This document shows, piece by piece, positions 11,662-20,674 of a DNA stretch of 64,000 bases. Positions within the stretch are counted from its first letter, which is position 1. Each line of letters starts with the position of its first letter. The position numbers were made by a program, and so were the translations under genes. The stretch comes from Cyanobacteriota bacterium. Its GTDB lineage: Bacteria > Cyanobacteriota > Cyanobacteriia > Thermostichales > Thermostichaceae. Where the stretch lies: the NCBI GenBank assembly GCA_033764955.1, contig JANRIL010000030.1, positions 27,430 to 91,429 on the forward strand, in the 5' to 3' direction. Under the pieces are notes generated by a model, which worked only from the letters and a program-made list of their open reading frames with translations, did no database searches and was not told the DNA's origin.

Positions 11662-12261
11662 GAAGCGTAATCCCAGGGCTTGGGGGTCGAGTCCGCGATC
11701 AAAGCGGGTTTTGGCATCATAAAAACCGTTGATCAGCTTGGTGCCGATCAGCTTGGTACCCTCAAAGTTGGCTCCCTCTAGATGGGCTTTGCTCAAATCC
11801 GCTCCCCGCAGATCCGCTCCGTTGAGGGCGGCTCCCCGCAGATCCGCTCCCATTAAATCGACTCCCACCAAATCCGATCCCACCAAGATGGCTTCCCGCA
11901 GATTGGCAGCGGGTAATTTGGCTAGGCGTAGCTTAGCTCCCCCCAGTTTGGCTCCACTCAAATCGGCTTCACTCAGTTGTCCCCCGCTCAGGTCTGAACC
12001 GCTTAAATCCACCAGTTTGAGGATCCCTTTCCGGAGGTTAACCCCACTCAGGTTGGCTCCAATCAGGTCAGCGCGATCCAGTTGACATCCCGCTAAGTTA
12101 GCGCCAATTAAGTCCGCCCCGATCAGATCCGCCCGTACCAGGCTGCATCCTGCTAAATTAGCCCCGATCAACTCAACCAGGCGCAGATTCGCTCCGTTAA
12201 AGTCCCGCTCACCCGCCGCATACCGGCTCAACAGTTCAAAGGCCGTATTCACACTGGACAT
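11653..12261 (-). CDS. Pentapeptide repeat protein
   Basis: ELLSRYAAGERDF leader followed by A(D/N)LxG repeats; start placed at MSSVNT. Confidence 0.92.
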   Translation of the reverse strand: MSSVNTAFELLSRYAAGERDFNGANLRLVELIGANLAGCSLVRADLIGADLIGANLAGCQLDRADLIGANLSGVNLRKGILKLVDLSGSDLSGGQLSEADLSGAKLGGAKLRLAKLPAANLREAILVGSDLVGVDLMGADLRGAALNGADLRGADLSKAHLEGANFEGTKLIGTKLINGFYDAKTRFDRGLDPQALGLRFLE

Positions 12262-12356
12262 AAAGATACCGATCCATCGGCTCGAAGATGTCATCATGCT
12301 ACACCCTCCCCACCCTTCCTCTGAGTGGGTAGGAATGTCTCTGCCTGCGCCAAAAC

Positions 12357-13022
12357 CTAGGGGATGGCGGGATCCCCCACGCCTGCCCGCTCTCCCCACA
12401 CCGCCTGCAACCGCGGATCCCGCCGACAGCCAAATCGGTAGTATTTATACTGGAGTGGATTTTTCAGGTGATAGTCCTGGTGATAGTCCTCAGCAGGGTA
12501 AAAGGTGGAAGCGGACTCGATCTCAGTAGCAATCGGTTGCTCAAATTGTTCGGCAATCGCCTCTTTGGAGATTTCCGCTAACTCCAACTGCTGAGGAGTC
12601 TCGGCGAAAATGGCGGAGCGATAGGAACTGCCCCGGTCACAAAATTGTCCCCCGGCATCCAACGGATCGATGTTATGCCAAAAGATGTTAAGCAGTTGCT
12701 CATAGGTGACCTGATCAGGGTCATACACCACTTGCACGGCTTCTGCATGACCGGTGGTTTCCGAAGAAACCTGTCGATAGGTGGGGTTGGGGGTATGCCC
12801 GCCCGTGTAGCCAGAAGTCGTCGAGATCACACCAGGGATCCCGTCAAAAGCTTCCTCTACACACCAAAAGCATCCTCCGGCAAAGGTGGCCACAGCAGTC
12901 TCGTTTCCCCAGGCGGCCGGGGTCAGACCAAACACAAACAAAAGGGGAACGCCCACTCCCAAGGAAAGGCAGGTCAGTAGACGGGGCAGGGTGCGGAGGA
13001 AGTTGTGTCTAGGGGTATGCAT
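12357..13022 (-). CDS. msrA: Peptide-methionine (S)-S-oxide reductase with predicted signal peptide
   Basis: FAGGCFWC, GYTGG and AEDYHQDY motifs; hydrophobic leader ending AWG; start placed at 13022. Confidence 0.95.
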   Translation of the reverse strand: MHTPRHNFLRTLPRLLTCLSLGVGVPLLFVFGLTPAAWGNETAVATFAGGCFWCVEEAFDGIPGVISTTSGYTGGHTPNPTYRQVSSETTGHAEAVQVVYDPDQVTYEQLLNIFWHNIDPLDAGGQFCDRGSSYRSAIFAETPQQLELAEISKEAIAEQFEQPIATEIESASTFYPAEDYHQDYHLKNPLQYKYYRFGCRRDPRLQAVWGERAGVGDPAIP

Positions 13023-13071
13023 GAGGGGATATCTCTGGTGGGTCGCTAGTGAATTTCTATTTGTGGTGAAT

Positions 13072-13560
13072 TTAAGTGGGGACAAAGCGAAGGGCTGCCG
13101 AATTGAGGCAATAGCGCAACCCAGTTGGTTGAGGGCCATCGCGAAACACATGCCCCAAATGGCCACCACAACGATGACAATGCACCTCAGTTCTCGGCAC
13201 CAATAACTTCCAATCGGTTTTGGTGCCAATGGCTTTTGCTGTGATGGGCTGCCAAAAGCTCGGCCAACCTGTACCGCTGTCATATTTCGCTTCACTGGAA
13301 AAAAGCGGCAGGTCACAGCCAGCGCAATGGTAGATCCCTACTGCTTTAAGGTCGTGGTAGGCATTCTGAAAAGGGGGTTCGGTGCTTTCCTGCCGCAAAA
13401 CCGCAAATTGTTCAAGGGTGAGCCGCTGCCGCCATTCGGCTTCTGAGAGGGTGACTTCAAAAGTAGCGGAGGAGGCAAACACAGGCGAATCGGAGAGTAA
13501 GCCCGTGCCCACTAAGGCGGCTAATTGGAGGGTTTGTCGCCGATTGATCATCTTACTCAT
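13072..13560 (-). CDS. msrB: Peptide-methionine (R)-S-oxide reductase with Tat-like signal
   Basis: KYDSGTGWPSF, GHLGHVF.DGP and RYCLNS motifs; NRRQTL twin-arginine leader. Confidence 0.95.
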   Translation of the reverse strand: MSKMINRRQTLQLAALVGTGLLSDSPVFASSATFEVTLSEAEWRQRLTLEQFAVLRQESTEPPFQNAYHDLKAVGIYHCAGCDLPLFSSEAKYDSGTGWPSFWQPITAKAIGTKTDWKLLVPRTEVHCHRCGGHLGHVFRDGPQPTGLRYCLNSAALRFVPT

Positions 13561-13793
13561 GGGGGGAGTTCCAAGGGGATAGGGGGTGAGACTGTCATCA
13601 CTAGTCATCAGTTATGGATAGACGGGATGGCTTTCAGGCAGTCTTTCATTGACAATGACTCATCTCTTTATTATTAAATGTCAGCAAGCTGGGACAGTCC
13701 TGAGATCGTTCTAGAATCTGGCTGAGAAATCCCTAGAATGGGATCCTTTTTCCAGCTTTTGGGCGATAGTGAAGGGCTTTGGGGTGGGATCAT

Positions 13794-15017
13794 TCAGGAG
13801 TCATGGCCTTCGGAGAGGGAGAGTGGCTCTGCTTCCCCAGGAATAGGGGGGAGTGCCACCGCGTAGCCTGGGGGATGACCTTGATAAATATCCTGGGCAA
13901 TTTGGCTAACCCCTACCGCCGCTACCAGCGCCATCACCGACAAGGGAGTGAGCGGGGATCCCCAAACAGCTAACGCTAATAACAATCCTGCCGCCAGTAA
14001 ACGGTAACGAGAACGAGCTTTACAAGGAAAAATGATCCCAATCCGGTGCAAAATGGCGAGGGAAATGAGCACCAACACCACCGAACCACACAAAAGCCAA
14101 CGTTGCGGCTCGGGCAAAGGGAGCGCGGGATCCGACAGCACCGCCTGCTCCACCCCTACCCCCGTAGCCGCTAAGCCAATCACCAAGGGCAGATGTCCAT
14201 ATAGCCAGATTTGATAGACCCACAGTTGTCCGTGGCGAGCGGCCATCCGCAGGGCGGATCCCCCAACATTTTCAAAGTAAATCCACCACAAACTAAAGGC
14301 GATTAAAAAGCCCGCGACGGCTGCCAAAACAGAGCTAACCTGCCAATCTTTTTGGGCAATTCCATCTACCACAGCAATGATGGCTTCTCCCAAAACGATG
14401 ATCGTAAATAAGCCAAATCGCTCCGGCAAATGTTCGGTTTGAGGGAGGAGTCCTTTTTGATATTCGGTGGCTGTTAAGGGGATCCCAAAATCAATGACTA
14501 GCCCCAAAAGCCAGAGGATAAATCGATAGGGAATAGGAACAAAAACCGACAACAACCACAAGCTAGCCGCCACCGCGAACCCTATCCCATAGTAGGTGGC
14601 AAGCGAACGGGCTTGAGGGATGTGGCGAGCTGCCCGTGAATACTGAAATACCAATAGAAAGCGCACAGTGGCATAGGCCAGAGCAAACCCTGTGGAGGAG
14701 GTATCTAAACCGTGGTGAATATTCACCGCCATGCCCGCAATAGCTAGCATTTGCAACCCCGTTAACAGGCGATGCCCAATATCATCCACATCAAAGCGAT
14801 TGGCATAAAAAGTAGCTCCAATCCAAGCCCACCAGACCGGAAAAAAAAGAATCACAAATTCACAAAATCCAGTGAACGAAACCTGGTCATAAAGTTTGTG
14901 AGCAAGTTGTGAAACCGCCACCACAAAGATTAGATCAAAAAATAATTCTAGCCAGGTGGCTCGCCGCGATTCTTCATCAATGCGTAGTTGGGGGGGCTGA
15001 AACCAGTTTGTGAGCAT
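13794..15017 (-). CDS. ltrA: Low temperature requirement protein A family membrane protein
   Basis: ATWLELFFDLIFV and HLPERFGLFTIIVLGE motifs. Confidence 0.88.
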   Translation of the reverse strand: MLTNWFQPPQLRIDEESRRATWLELFFDLIFVVAVSQLAHKLYDQVSFTGFCEFVILFFPVWWAWIGATFYANRFDVDDIGHRLLTGLQMLAIAGMAVNIHHGLDTSSTGFALAYATVRFLLVFQYSRAARHIPQARSLATYYGIGFAVAASLWLLSVFVPIPYRFILWLLGLVIDFGIPLTATEYQKGLLPQTEHLPERFGLFTIIVLGEAIIAVVDGIAQKDWQVSSVLAAVAGFLIAFSLWWIYFENVGGSALRMAARHGQLWVYQIWLYGHLPLVIGLAATGVGVEQAVLSDPALPLPEPQRWLLCGSVVLVLISLAILHRIGIIFPCKARSRYRLLAAGLLLALAVWGSPLTPLSVMALVAAVGVSQIAQDIYQGHPPGYAVALPPIPGEAEPLSLSEGHDS

Positions 15018-15091
15018 AACCCTCTGGAAATTAGTCGAGATCAAATGCTGTTGGCTGTTGCTAGAGTGCTTTTGATTGAGCTTTTCCTCGG

Positions 15092-15283
15092 TTACGGTGT
15101 CCCCATCAGTTGTCGGATCCCTTGCTCAAACCCATCCCAGCTTTGGGTGCTAGGGTCAAAGCTCTGGCTGAAGGGATCCGCCTTAAAACGATCAACCACC
15201 TCTTGACCAACGCTAGGATCCTGAGTTTGCAGCCAGAGGTCAACCCACGGTTGATCGGTTAGCGGGACGTTAACGGGTTCCAT
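15092..15283 (-). CDS. Small hypothetical protein (63 aa)
   Basis: Strong GGAGG RBS before ATG 15283; co-oriented just upstream of ltrA. Confidence 0.55.
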   Translation of the reverse strand: MEPVNVPLTDQPWVDLWLQTQDPSVGQEVVDRFKADPFSQSFDPSTQSWDGFEQGIRQLMGTP

Positions 15284-15440
15284 AGTTAATCCTCCCATCA
15301 CGGTTTACAGTTACGGCTAGTCGTCTATCAGAATACGCCGGGGTAGTCCAAACCATTGGGATGTCTCCCCCTGGAGTTTCTTGGATAAACCGCATCCACC
15401 AACCCATCTGCCCCATTCGGTATTGCATATCAAATGCAAC

Positions 15441-15540
15441 TACAGCAACCCTATTTGATCCGTGAACCGCCCTCACCCCTAGCCCCTCTCCCGCAAGGAG
15501 AGGGGGAAAATCTTCTCACATCTTACTTAGGGTTGCTGTA
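15441..15540. mobile_element. MITE, IS630-type (TA flanks)
   Basis: Terminal inverted repeats TACAGCAACCCTA ... TAGGGTTGCTGTA; internal CCCCTCTCC/GGAGAGGGG hairpin. Confidence 0.8.
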
Positions 15541-15577
15541 GCCATTGCCCCTCACTCAAAATTTGGATCCCTCCGTA

Positions 15578-16078
15578 TCAGGTATTTAGCAGCTTTTGAT
15601 AGTGATATTCTACTGATTGGCTGACATCATTGAGGTGGCGGGTATCCGCTAATCGTTGATATCCCTGTCGCTCATAAAAGCGATGAGCCGCCCTAAAGCG
15701 AGTATCCGTCCAGAGATGAATGGATTTTGCCTGAGCATGACGGGCATAGGTTTCTGCAGAATCTAAGAGTGTTTTGCCCAAGCCAATACCCCGTACCTGA
15801 GCATAGGTATAGAGTTTTTTAATTTCCCAACGATGAGGTTCTGAATTGGGAATAATCGCAATGGATCCCACCACCTCTTCTTGAAATTCAGCCACCCAAA
15901 ATTGACCCGACATCTTGGCAAAACTGCTGGCGGGTTGCAGTAGCTCAGGATATTCGCTGGTTTCCATCAAACATCCAGGATATTCCGCAAAAACAGCGGT
16001 TAACAGGGCAAAAAGAGCGGCACTATCGGGATCCCGCACGGGACGAATCGTGATGTCTGAGGGAACTATCTGCTTCAT
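15578..16078 (-). CDS. GNAT acetyltransferase
   Basis: RGIGLGKTLL and AHRFYERQGY motifs. Confidence 0.88.
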   Translation of the reverse strand: MKQIVPSDITIRPVRDPDSAALFALLTAVFAEYPGCLMETSEYPELLQPASSFAKMSGQFWVAEFQEEVVGSIAIIPNSEPHRWEIKKLYTYAQVRGIGLGKTLLDSAETYARHAQAKSIHLWTDTRFRAAHRFYERQGYQRLADTRHLNDVSQSVEYHYQKLLNT

Positions 16079-16368
16079 ATTAGGAGCTAGAGATGGATCA
16101 ACGGCCAGCCTTACGTCTCACTCTACCTGACACAGGATATCGGTTCTGCGAACCTATAACTACGCACAAGCCGTTACACTCTAAGTGGACATCCTGTTAC
16201 TCTAGACTCGCCAGGATGTGGATAGCTGGCTGACTCGGATGCGCTAGCCGAACCCTAGGCAGGTAGTTCCACTAGCTACGCCTAGATACCGTCCTAACCC
16301 CCGATCCGAAGAATGGATCATCCACCCACTGACTCATCTGCTTACTTATCACGGTCAAAGGGAAGCCC

Positions 16369-16956
16369 ATGCTGAAGTCTCCAATATACCTAGCCCTCCT
16401 CTCCTTGGTTGTGTCCCTGGGATCCCTTCCCGCGTTGGCTCAATCCCCTAGTCCTGCCAGCGAAGCGAGCGTTGCCCCAGAGTCTAGCCCATCCCCTGCG
16501 GATCCCACCGAGACCTCTCCACAACCCGCCCCGCCCCCACCCCCCCGCCGCACTCCCCCCAGTGCCGCCAGCACCTTGACGCCTGAGCAGGTCAGCGATC
16601 AGCAGATCGAGCAGTTGGTAAGCGCCCTCCTCGAATTGGATCCGCTGATTCGTCAAGCTAGCACTGATCTGAAAGCGGCAGAAACCGCCAAAGATGACGC
16701 CAAATATCAGCAAATCTTTCAAGAAACCGAGGTGAAAGCTACCCAAATCGTCCAAAAAACGGGTTTGACGGTGGAGCAGTATCGACAAATCATGACCCTA
16801 GCCAACGAAAACCCCACCCTCAAACAACGGGTGCAACAACATCTGGATAAAGTGAAGCCTGCTGCCGCTACGAATCCGGCTGATAGCCCCGCCGTCACCA
16901 GTCCGACCCCCCCAACCAGCAATCTGCCCAGCCCTGCTGCCACCACCAGTCCCTAG
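16369..16956 (+). CDS. Secreted protein, DUF4168-like
   Basis: Signal peptide ending ALA-Q, Pro-rich linker, GLTVEQYRQI...NPTLKQRV helical domain. Confidence 0.72.
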   Translation: MLKSPIYLALLSLVVSLGSLPALAQSPSPASEASVAPESSPSPADPTETSPQPAPPPPPRRTPPSAASTLTPEQVSDQQIEQLVSALLELDPLIRQASTDLKAAETAKDDAKYQQIFQETEVKATQIVQKTGLTVEQYRQIMTLANENPTLKQRVQQHLDKVKPAAATNPADSPAVTSPTPPTSNLPSPAATTSP

Positions 16957-17072
16957 CTTGCCCCCTCATGGGATCCCCTGCGGTTAGCGAGAACAGGGGT
17001 TTCTCGGTTAGGGTGATAATAGAGATTACCTATTAACCCTGCTAACGATTACTGTCCGAGGTTGTTTTAGCC

Positions 17073-17414
17073 ATGATTACTGTTACCCCCAGTGCTGTCA
17101 GCGAACTCAAGCGGCTGCGTAGCAAATACCAAGAGGCGGGATCCCAGCCCATTTTGCGGTTAGGGGTGAAGCCGAGCGGTTGTTCCGGTCTCTCCTACAC
17201 CATGAATTTTGAGGGGGGAGCCAATCCTGACGATCAGACATTTGCCTTTGATGACATCAGCGTGGCTGTGGATCCCTTGAGCATGACCCTGTTGTCAGGC
17301 ATCGAAGTGGATTTTTCGGAAGATTTGCTAGGGGGCGGATTTCGCTTCAGAAATCCCAATGCAGTAGCCAGTTGTGGTTGCGGAACTTCGTTTGCCACGG
17401 CGGCAACAGCCTGA
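17073..17414 (+). CDS. iscA: HesB/IscA/SufA Fe-S cluster assembly accessory protein
   Basis: GCSGLSY and NPNA..SCGCGTSF motifs. Confidence 0.9.
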   Translation: MITVTPSAVSELKRLRSKYQEAGSQPILRLGVKPSGCSGLSYTMNFEGGANPDDQTFAFDDISVAVDPLSMTLLSGIEVDFSEDLLGGGFRFRNPNAVASCGCGTSFATAATA

Positions 17415-17574
17415 GAGCCATAGCAAGGTCGGTGAGCAGAAATCAAAGACTCACCAGAGTTTTAGCCTCCATTCAGCTATTCCACCCTTCCCTCCGGCTA
17501 GATTGGCAGGAGGGATCCCTCTGGGATTTCCGTGCTTCCCGCTTACGTTCAGACACCCCTCAGGAACTATTACG

Positions 17575-18063
17575 ATGCCAAACTTGTCAAATTTAGGATC
17601 TGGATTTTTGGGCAAGTGGATCCAAGGAGGAAAGGACACCCCCCCTCTCCAACCGGAACCTAGCTTTGCCGTAAGCAGAAGCGAGGCCGAATGGCGCTCC
17701 CTCCTTACTCCCGAACAGTTTCGGGTGCTGCGGCAAGAGGGAACCGAATCTCCTTTCCGCAATGCCTATCACGACCAGAAGGCCGCCGGGGTTTATCACT
17801 GTGCCGGCTGTGACTTGCCCCTATTTGCGTCAACTAGCAAGTACGACAGTGGCACCGGTTGGCCTAGCTTCTGGGATCCCATTTCCCCGGAGGCTGTGGG
17901 TGTCACCACCGACTGGAAGCTGTTTTATCCCCGTACCGAAGTTCATTGCGCCCGTTGTGGCGGACACCTCGGTCATGTATTTGAGGATGGCCCCGCCCCG
18001 ACAGGGTTGCGCTATTGCATGAACTCCGCCGCCCTCAAGTTTATCCCTGCTTCCGAAGGCTAA
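17575..18063 (+). CDS. msrB: Peptide-methionine (R)-S-oxide reductase, second copy
   Basis: KYDSGTGWPSF, GHLGHVFEDGP and RYCMNS motifs; start placed at ATG 17575. Confidence 0.93.
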   Translation: MPNLSNLGSGFLGKWIQGGKDTPPLQPEPSFAVSRSEAEWRSLLTPEQFRVLRQEGTESPFRNAYHDQKAAGVYHCAGCDLPLFASTSKYDSGTGWPSFWDPISPEAVGVTTDWKLFYPRTEVHCARCGGHLGHVFEDGPAPTGLRYCMNSAALKFIPASEG

Positions 18064-18066
18064 AGG

Positions 18067-19191
18067 TTGACGGCAACGATGACGGCTGCCCCTGCCCTGC
18101 AAGTGCCCCATGCTGGTTATCACGGCAGTTGGGTCTGGAACCGATTTTTTGAGGGGTGGTACTATCGCCTAACCATCCCTGATCTGGCGGAGAGCTTTGC
18201 CTTTATGTATTCCATCGAACGGGATCCCTGGGCAAAAGGGGGCGGAATGAGTGGGGGATCGGCGCAACTGTTAGGCCCTCAGGATCACCATCAATGGCGA
18301 ACTTTTCCGCGTATAGAAGGCTTTTGGGCAGATCCAGAGCAGTTGGCCTTGGGGCATTGGGGCAAAACCCAGGGATTGGGATCGGTACTCCCCCCTCAAT
18401 ATCTGGATCCCACTGACTTTTGGCGATACGTGCGCGAGGGCTATCAAGCCACCGCTACCCTCAATCAGGGCATCCTCCGCGATCCCGCCAGCCGACAGGT
18501 GACCCGTTGGTGTTACCAAATTCGCCCTATTCATACCTATGGGATTCCTCCCCAAGCGACGATGGGCTGGTTGTCCTATCTGCCGATTTTTGAACCGGGC
18601 TGGCAGATTCTTATGGCAGAGGGCGGGGCGGAGGGCTGGTTAGAATGGCAGGGATCCACCTATCGCTTTGGCGGAGAATTGGCTCCTGCCGCTGCATATG
18701 TGGAAAAAAACTGGGGAGGGAGCTTTCCCAGTCAATGGTTTTGGATGCAATGTCATCAGGCGGATTCTGCCCTTAGCCTCACTTCTGCGGGTGGCAAACG
18801 GGGGGTGTTGGGGATCCCCCAGACGGTGGGGATGGTCAGCCTGCATTGGCGAGGTCGCTTTTTCGCATGGCTGCCGGAAAATAGTCAGATAGCTTGGCGG
18901 GTGGATCCCTGGGGAGCTTGGCAGGTGGTTGCCCAGCAATCGGACTATAAAATCATGCTGCGCGGGACAGCCTCTCGCCCCGGTACTCCCCTATTGGCAC
19001 CCACCTCCCGTGGCTTACGTTTGGTTTGTCGAGAAACTCTGCACGGCCACCTCCATCTGCAACTCTGGCAACGGGTTGGGCAGGTGTGGACACCCATCCT
19101 AGAGACCCACAGTGAGTGGGCAGGGTTGGAAACGGGTGGGGATCCCTGGTCAACCCCCTGGCAAGTGGGGGATCCCCAGTTGCTGTCCTAG
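18067..19191 (+). CDS. Tocopherol cyclase
   Basis: PHAGYH, RFFEGWYYR, FEPGWQILMA and EKNWGGSFP motifs. Confidence 0.92.
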   Translation: MTATMTAAPALQVPHAGYHGSWVWNRFFEGWYYRLTIPDLAESFAFMYSIERDPWAKGGGMSGGSAQLLGPQDHHQWRTFPRIEGFWADPEQLALGHWGKTQGLGSVLPPQYLDPTDFWRYVREGYQATATLNQGILRDPASRQVTRWCYQIRPIHTYGIPPQATMGWLSYLPIFEPGWQILMAEGGAEGWLEWQGSTYRFGGELAPAAAYVEKNWGGSFPSQWFWMQCHQADSALSLTSAGGKRGVLGIPQTVGMVSLHWRGRFFAWLPENSQIAWRVDPWGAWQVVAQQSDYKIMLRGTASRPGTPLLAPTSRGLRLVCRETLHGHLHLQLWQRVGQVWTPILETHSEWAGLETGGDPWSTPWQVGDPQLLS

Positions 19192-19242
19192 GTTGTATTG
19201 ATCTTTCATTTTTACTGCTCAATTTCGTCATATTTTTGGGCA

Positions 19243-19368
19243 TATAGCAAGCCTAAGTGATTTGTGAAAACCGATCCCCCCAAGCCCCTCTTGCTAAGGG
19301 GGGTGCCCGATAGGGCGGGGGGATCCCTCAGGGATCCTAGCTTTCACAACTCTTATAGGATTGCTATA
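19243..19368. mobile_element. MITE, IS630-type
   Basis: TATAGCAAGCCTAAGTGATTTGTGAAA ... TTTCACAACTCTTATAGGATTGCTATA inverted ends; internal GC-rich hairpins. Confidence 0.85.
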
Positions 19369-19654
19369 TCATCGGTCTAGAGAAATCAGAGAGTATTTGG
19401 AGCAGGTTAATCATGGATTAAAAGAAGAGGAGTGGATGGTAACTTGTGTGATGTTTGCTGCCTATGCTCCGGAGCAAAACCCTGTGGAGGATATCTGGCT
19501 ACAAGGCAAGAGATTCATTCGATGGTTTTATCATACTTGCTGCTCTTTTAAGGTAGTCAAACAGATGTTTGAATGGATATTGCACAACAGGTGTTTGACT
19601 TTCCTAAGCTCTGCGAGTACTGGGACTTCTCACAGACCTTTTAGTATTGCTGTA
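19369..19654 (+). pseudogene. IS630-family transposase 3' fragment with right end
   Basis: YH.S.E ... YAPEQNPVEDIW motif; frameshift near 19587 into QVFDFPKLCEYWDFSQTF*; right end TAGTATTGCTGTA. Confidence 0.85.
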
Positions 19655-19910
19655 TTCGCAAAGTGGTTTACACCACCAATGCCGTTGAATCAGTGAACAT
19701 GACTCTACGTAAGGTGTTACGCAACCACCGATGCTTTCCGACCGATGAATCAGCTATGAAGGTGATTTACCTGGCCATCCACAACCTATCGAAGAAATGG
19801 ACGATGTCCATTCGCAATGGAAAAGGAGCTTTGAATCGTTTTGCTATTGACTTTGAAGGGAGGGTTCCAATTTAGGTATTTATTCCTGATACAAACTGCT
19901 TGACAGATCC
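19655..19910 (+). pseudogene. IS256-family transposase 3' fragment with right end
   Basis: RKVVYTTNAVESVN...FPTDESAMKVIYLAI...KKWTM motif; IR-like ACAAACTGCTTGACAGATCC. Confidence 0.85.
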
Positions 19911-19934
19911 ATCCAAACCACTATCTCTAGTGCA

Positions 19935-20019
19935 GCACAATCACCACAATGCAGCAGACAATTGGAATCGCTGGTGCTGAGTCTTAAACTACGGTTGCCG
20001 CTGATTGGGAACGTTAGAC
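19935..20019 (+). other. Integron attC site (degenerate inverse core)
   Basis: CAAT(G)CAGCAG(A)CAA pairs imperfectly with TTGCCGCTGATTG with extra-helical bases; ends in core site GTTAGAC. Confidence 0.7.
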
Positions 20020-20036
20020 GTCATTGAGCCCATCCT

Positions 20037-20519
20037 GTGAATCGAGACGATGAAATCCTTCGGACTATCCGCACCGCCTTCGCAGATTGCTGCAGACCGG
20101 AGCATTTCACCAACTACACTCACTGCGAGGAGTGTCGGGAGCACAACGACGTTCTCCGCGCCCACGACCTTGACACTCTTTCGCTCGACCACGTTGGTAA
20201 CGCAGGCTGGGATCCCATCTGCTTCATCTCGCCACAGGGCTTCGCATACTACTTCCCCGCATTGGCTCGTCTTGCGCTCGCTCCAGCCGATGACGAGCAC
20301 GACGCGTATCTGCCGCAGTTACTTTGGCACCTTCAGCAGGATGGACGCAGCAACGAACGATGGCTGTATTGCTCACCGCAGCAGCGCGCCGCTGTCGTCG
20401 CCTTTCTTCGATACGCCATCGACACTCGCGCCGAACTTCTCGACAGTTACCTCGCTGCCAACGACGCCTTGAACGCACTCGACGCTTGGACATTCACACC
20501 CGAACCGAATGACGCCTAA
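20037..20519 (+). CDS. Gene-cassette-encoded hypothetical protein (160 aa)
   Basis: GTG start shortly after the core site; stop TAA lies within GCCTAAC; visibly GC-rich; HCEECREH motif. Confidence 0.8.
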   Translation: MNRDDEILRTIRTAFADCCRPEHFTNYTHCEECREHNDVLRAHDLDTLSLDHVGNAGWDPICFISPQGFAYYFPALARLALAPADDEHDAYLPQLLWHLQQDGRSNERWLYCSPQQRAAVVAFLRYAIDTRAELLDSYLAANDALNALDAWTFTPEPNDA

Positions 20520-20640
20520 CCATACGCTGCAGCGAACACGCCTCCGCCTCACGGCCTGTGCTCCAGACCACCGCCGCCTTTCCACCTCCCTGCAAAGGCC
20601 GCGCCCCTCCGACGTATCGCTGATCTCGGGGTCGTTATCC
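20514..20640 (+). other. Integron attC site (127 bp)
   Basis: GCCTAAC-CATAC-GCTGCAGCGAAC ... GTATCGCTGATCTCGGGGTC-GTTATCC layout. Confidence 0.85.
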
Positions 20641-20674
20641 ATCTCGACTCGTAACTTTTCATGGAGTAGACAAT

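Noticed and set aside
11729..12085. 15-bp periodic DNA repeats and an antisense ORF
   Set aside because: Explained by the pentapeptide-repeat coding sequence on the opposite strand.
13023..13316. N-terminal extension of the msrA ORF in the ORF track
   Set aside because: Overlaps msrB in another frame; the start at 13022 gives a sensible signal peptide.
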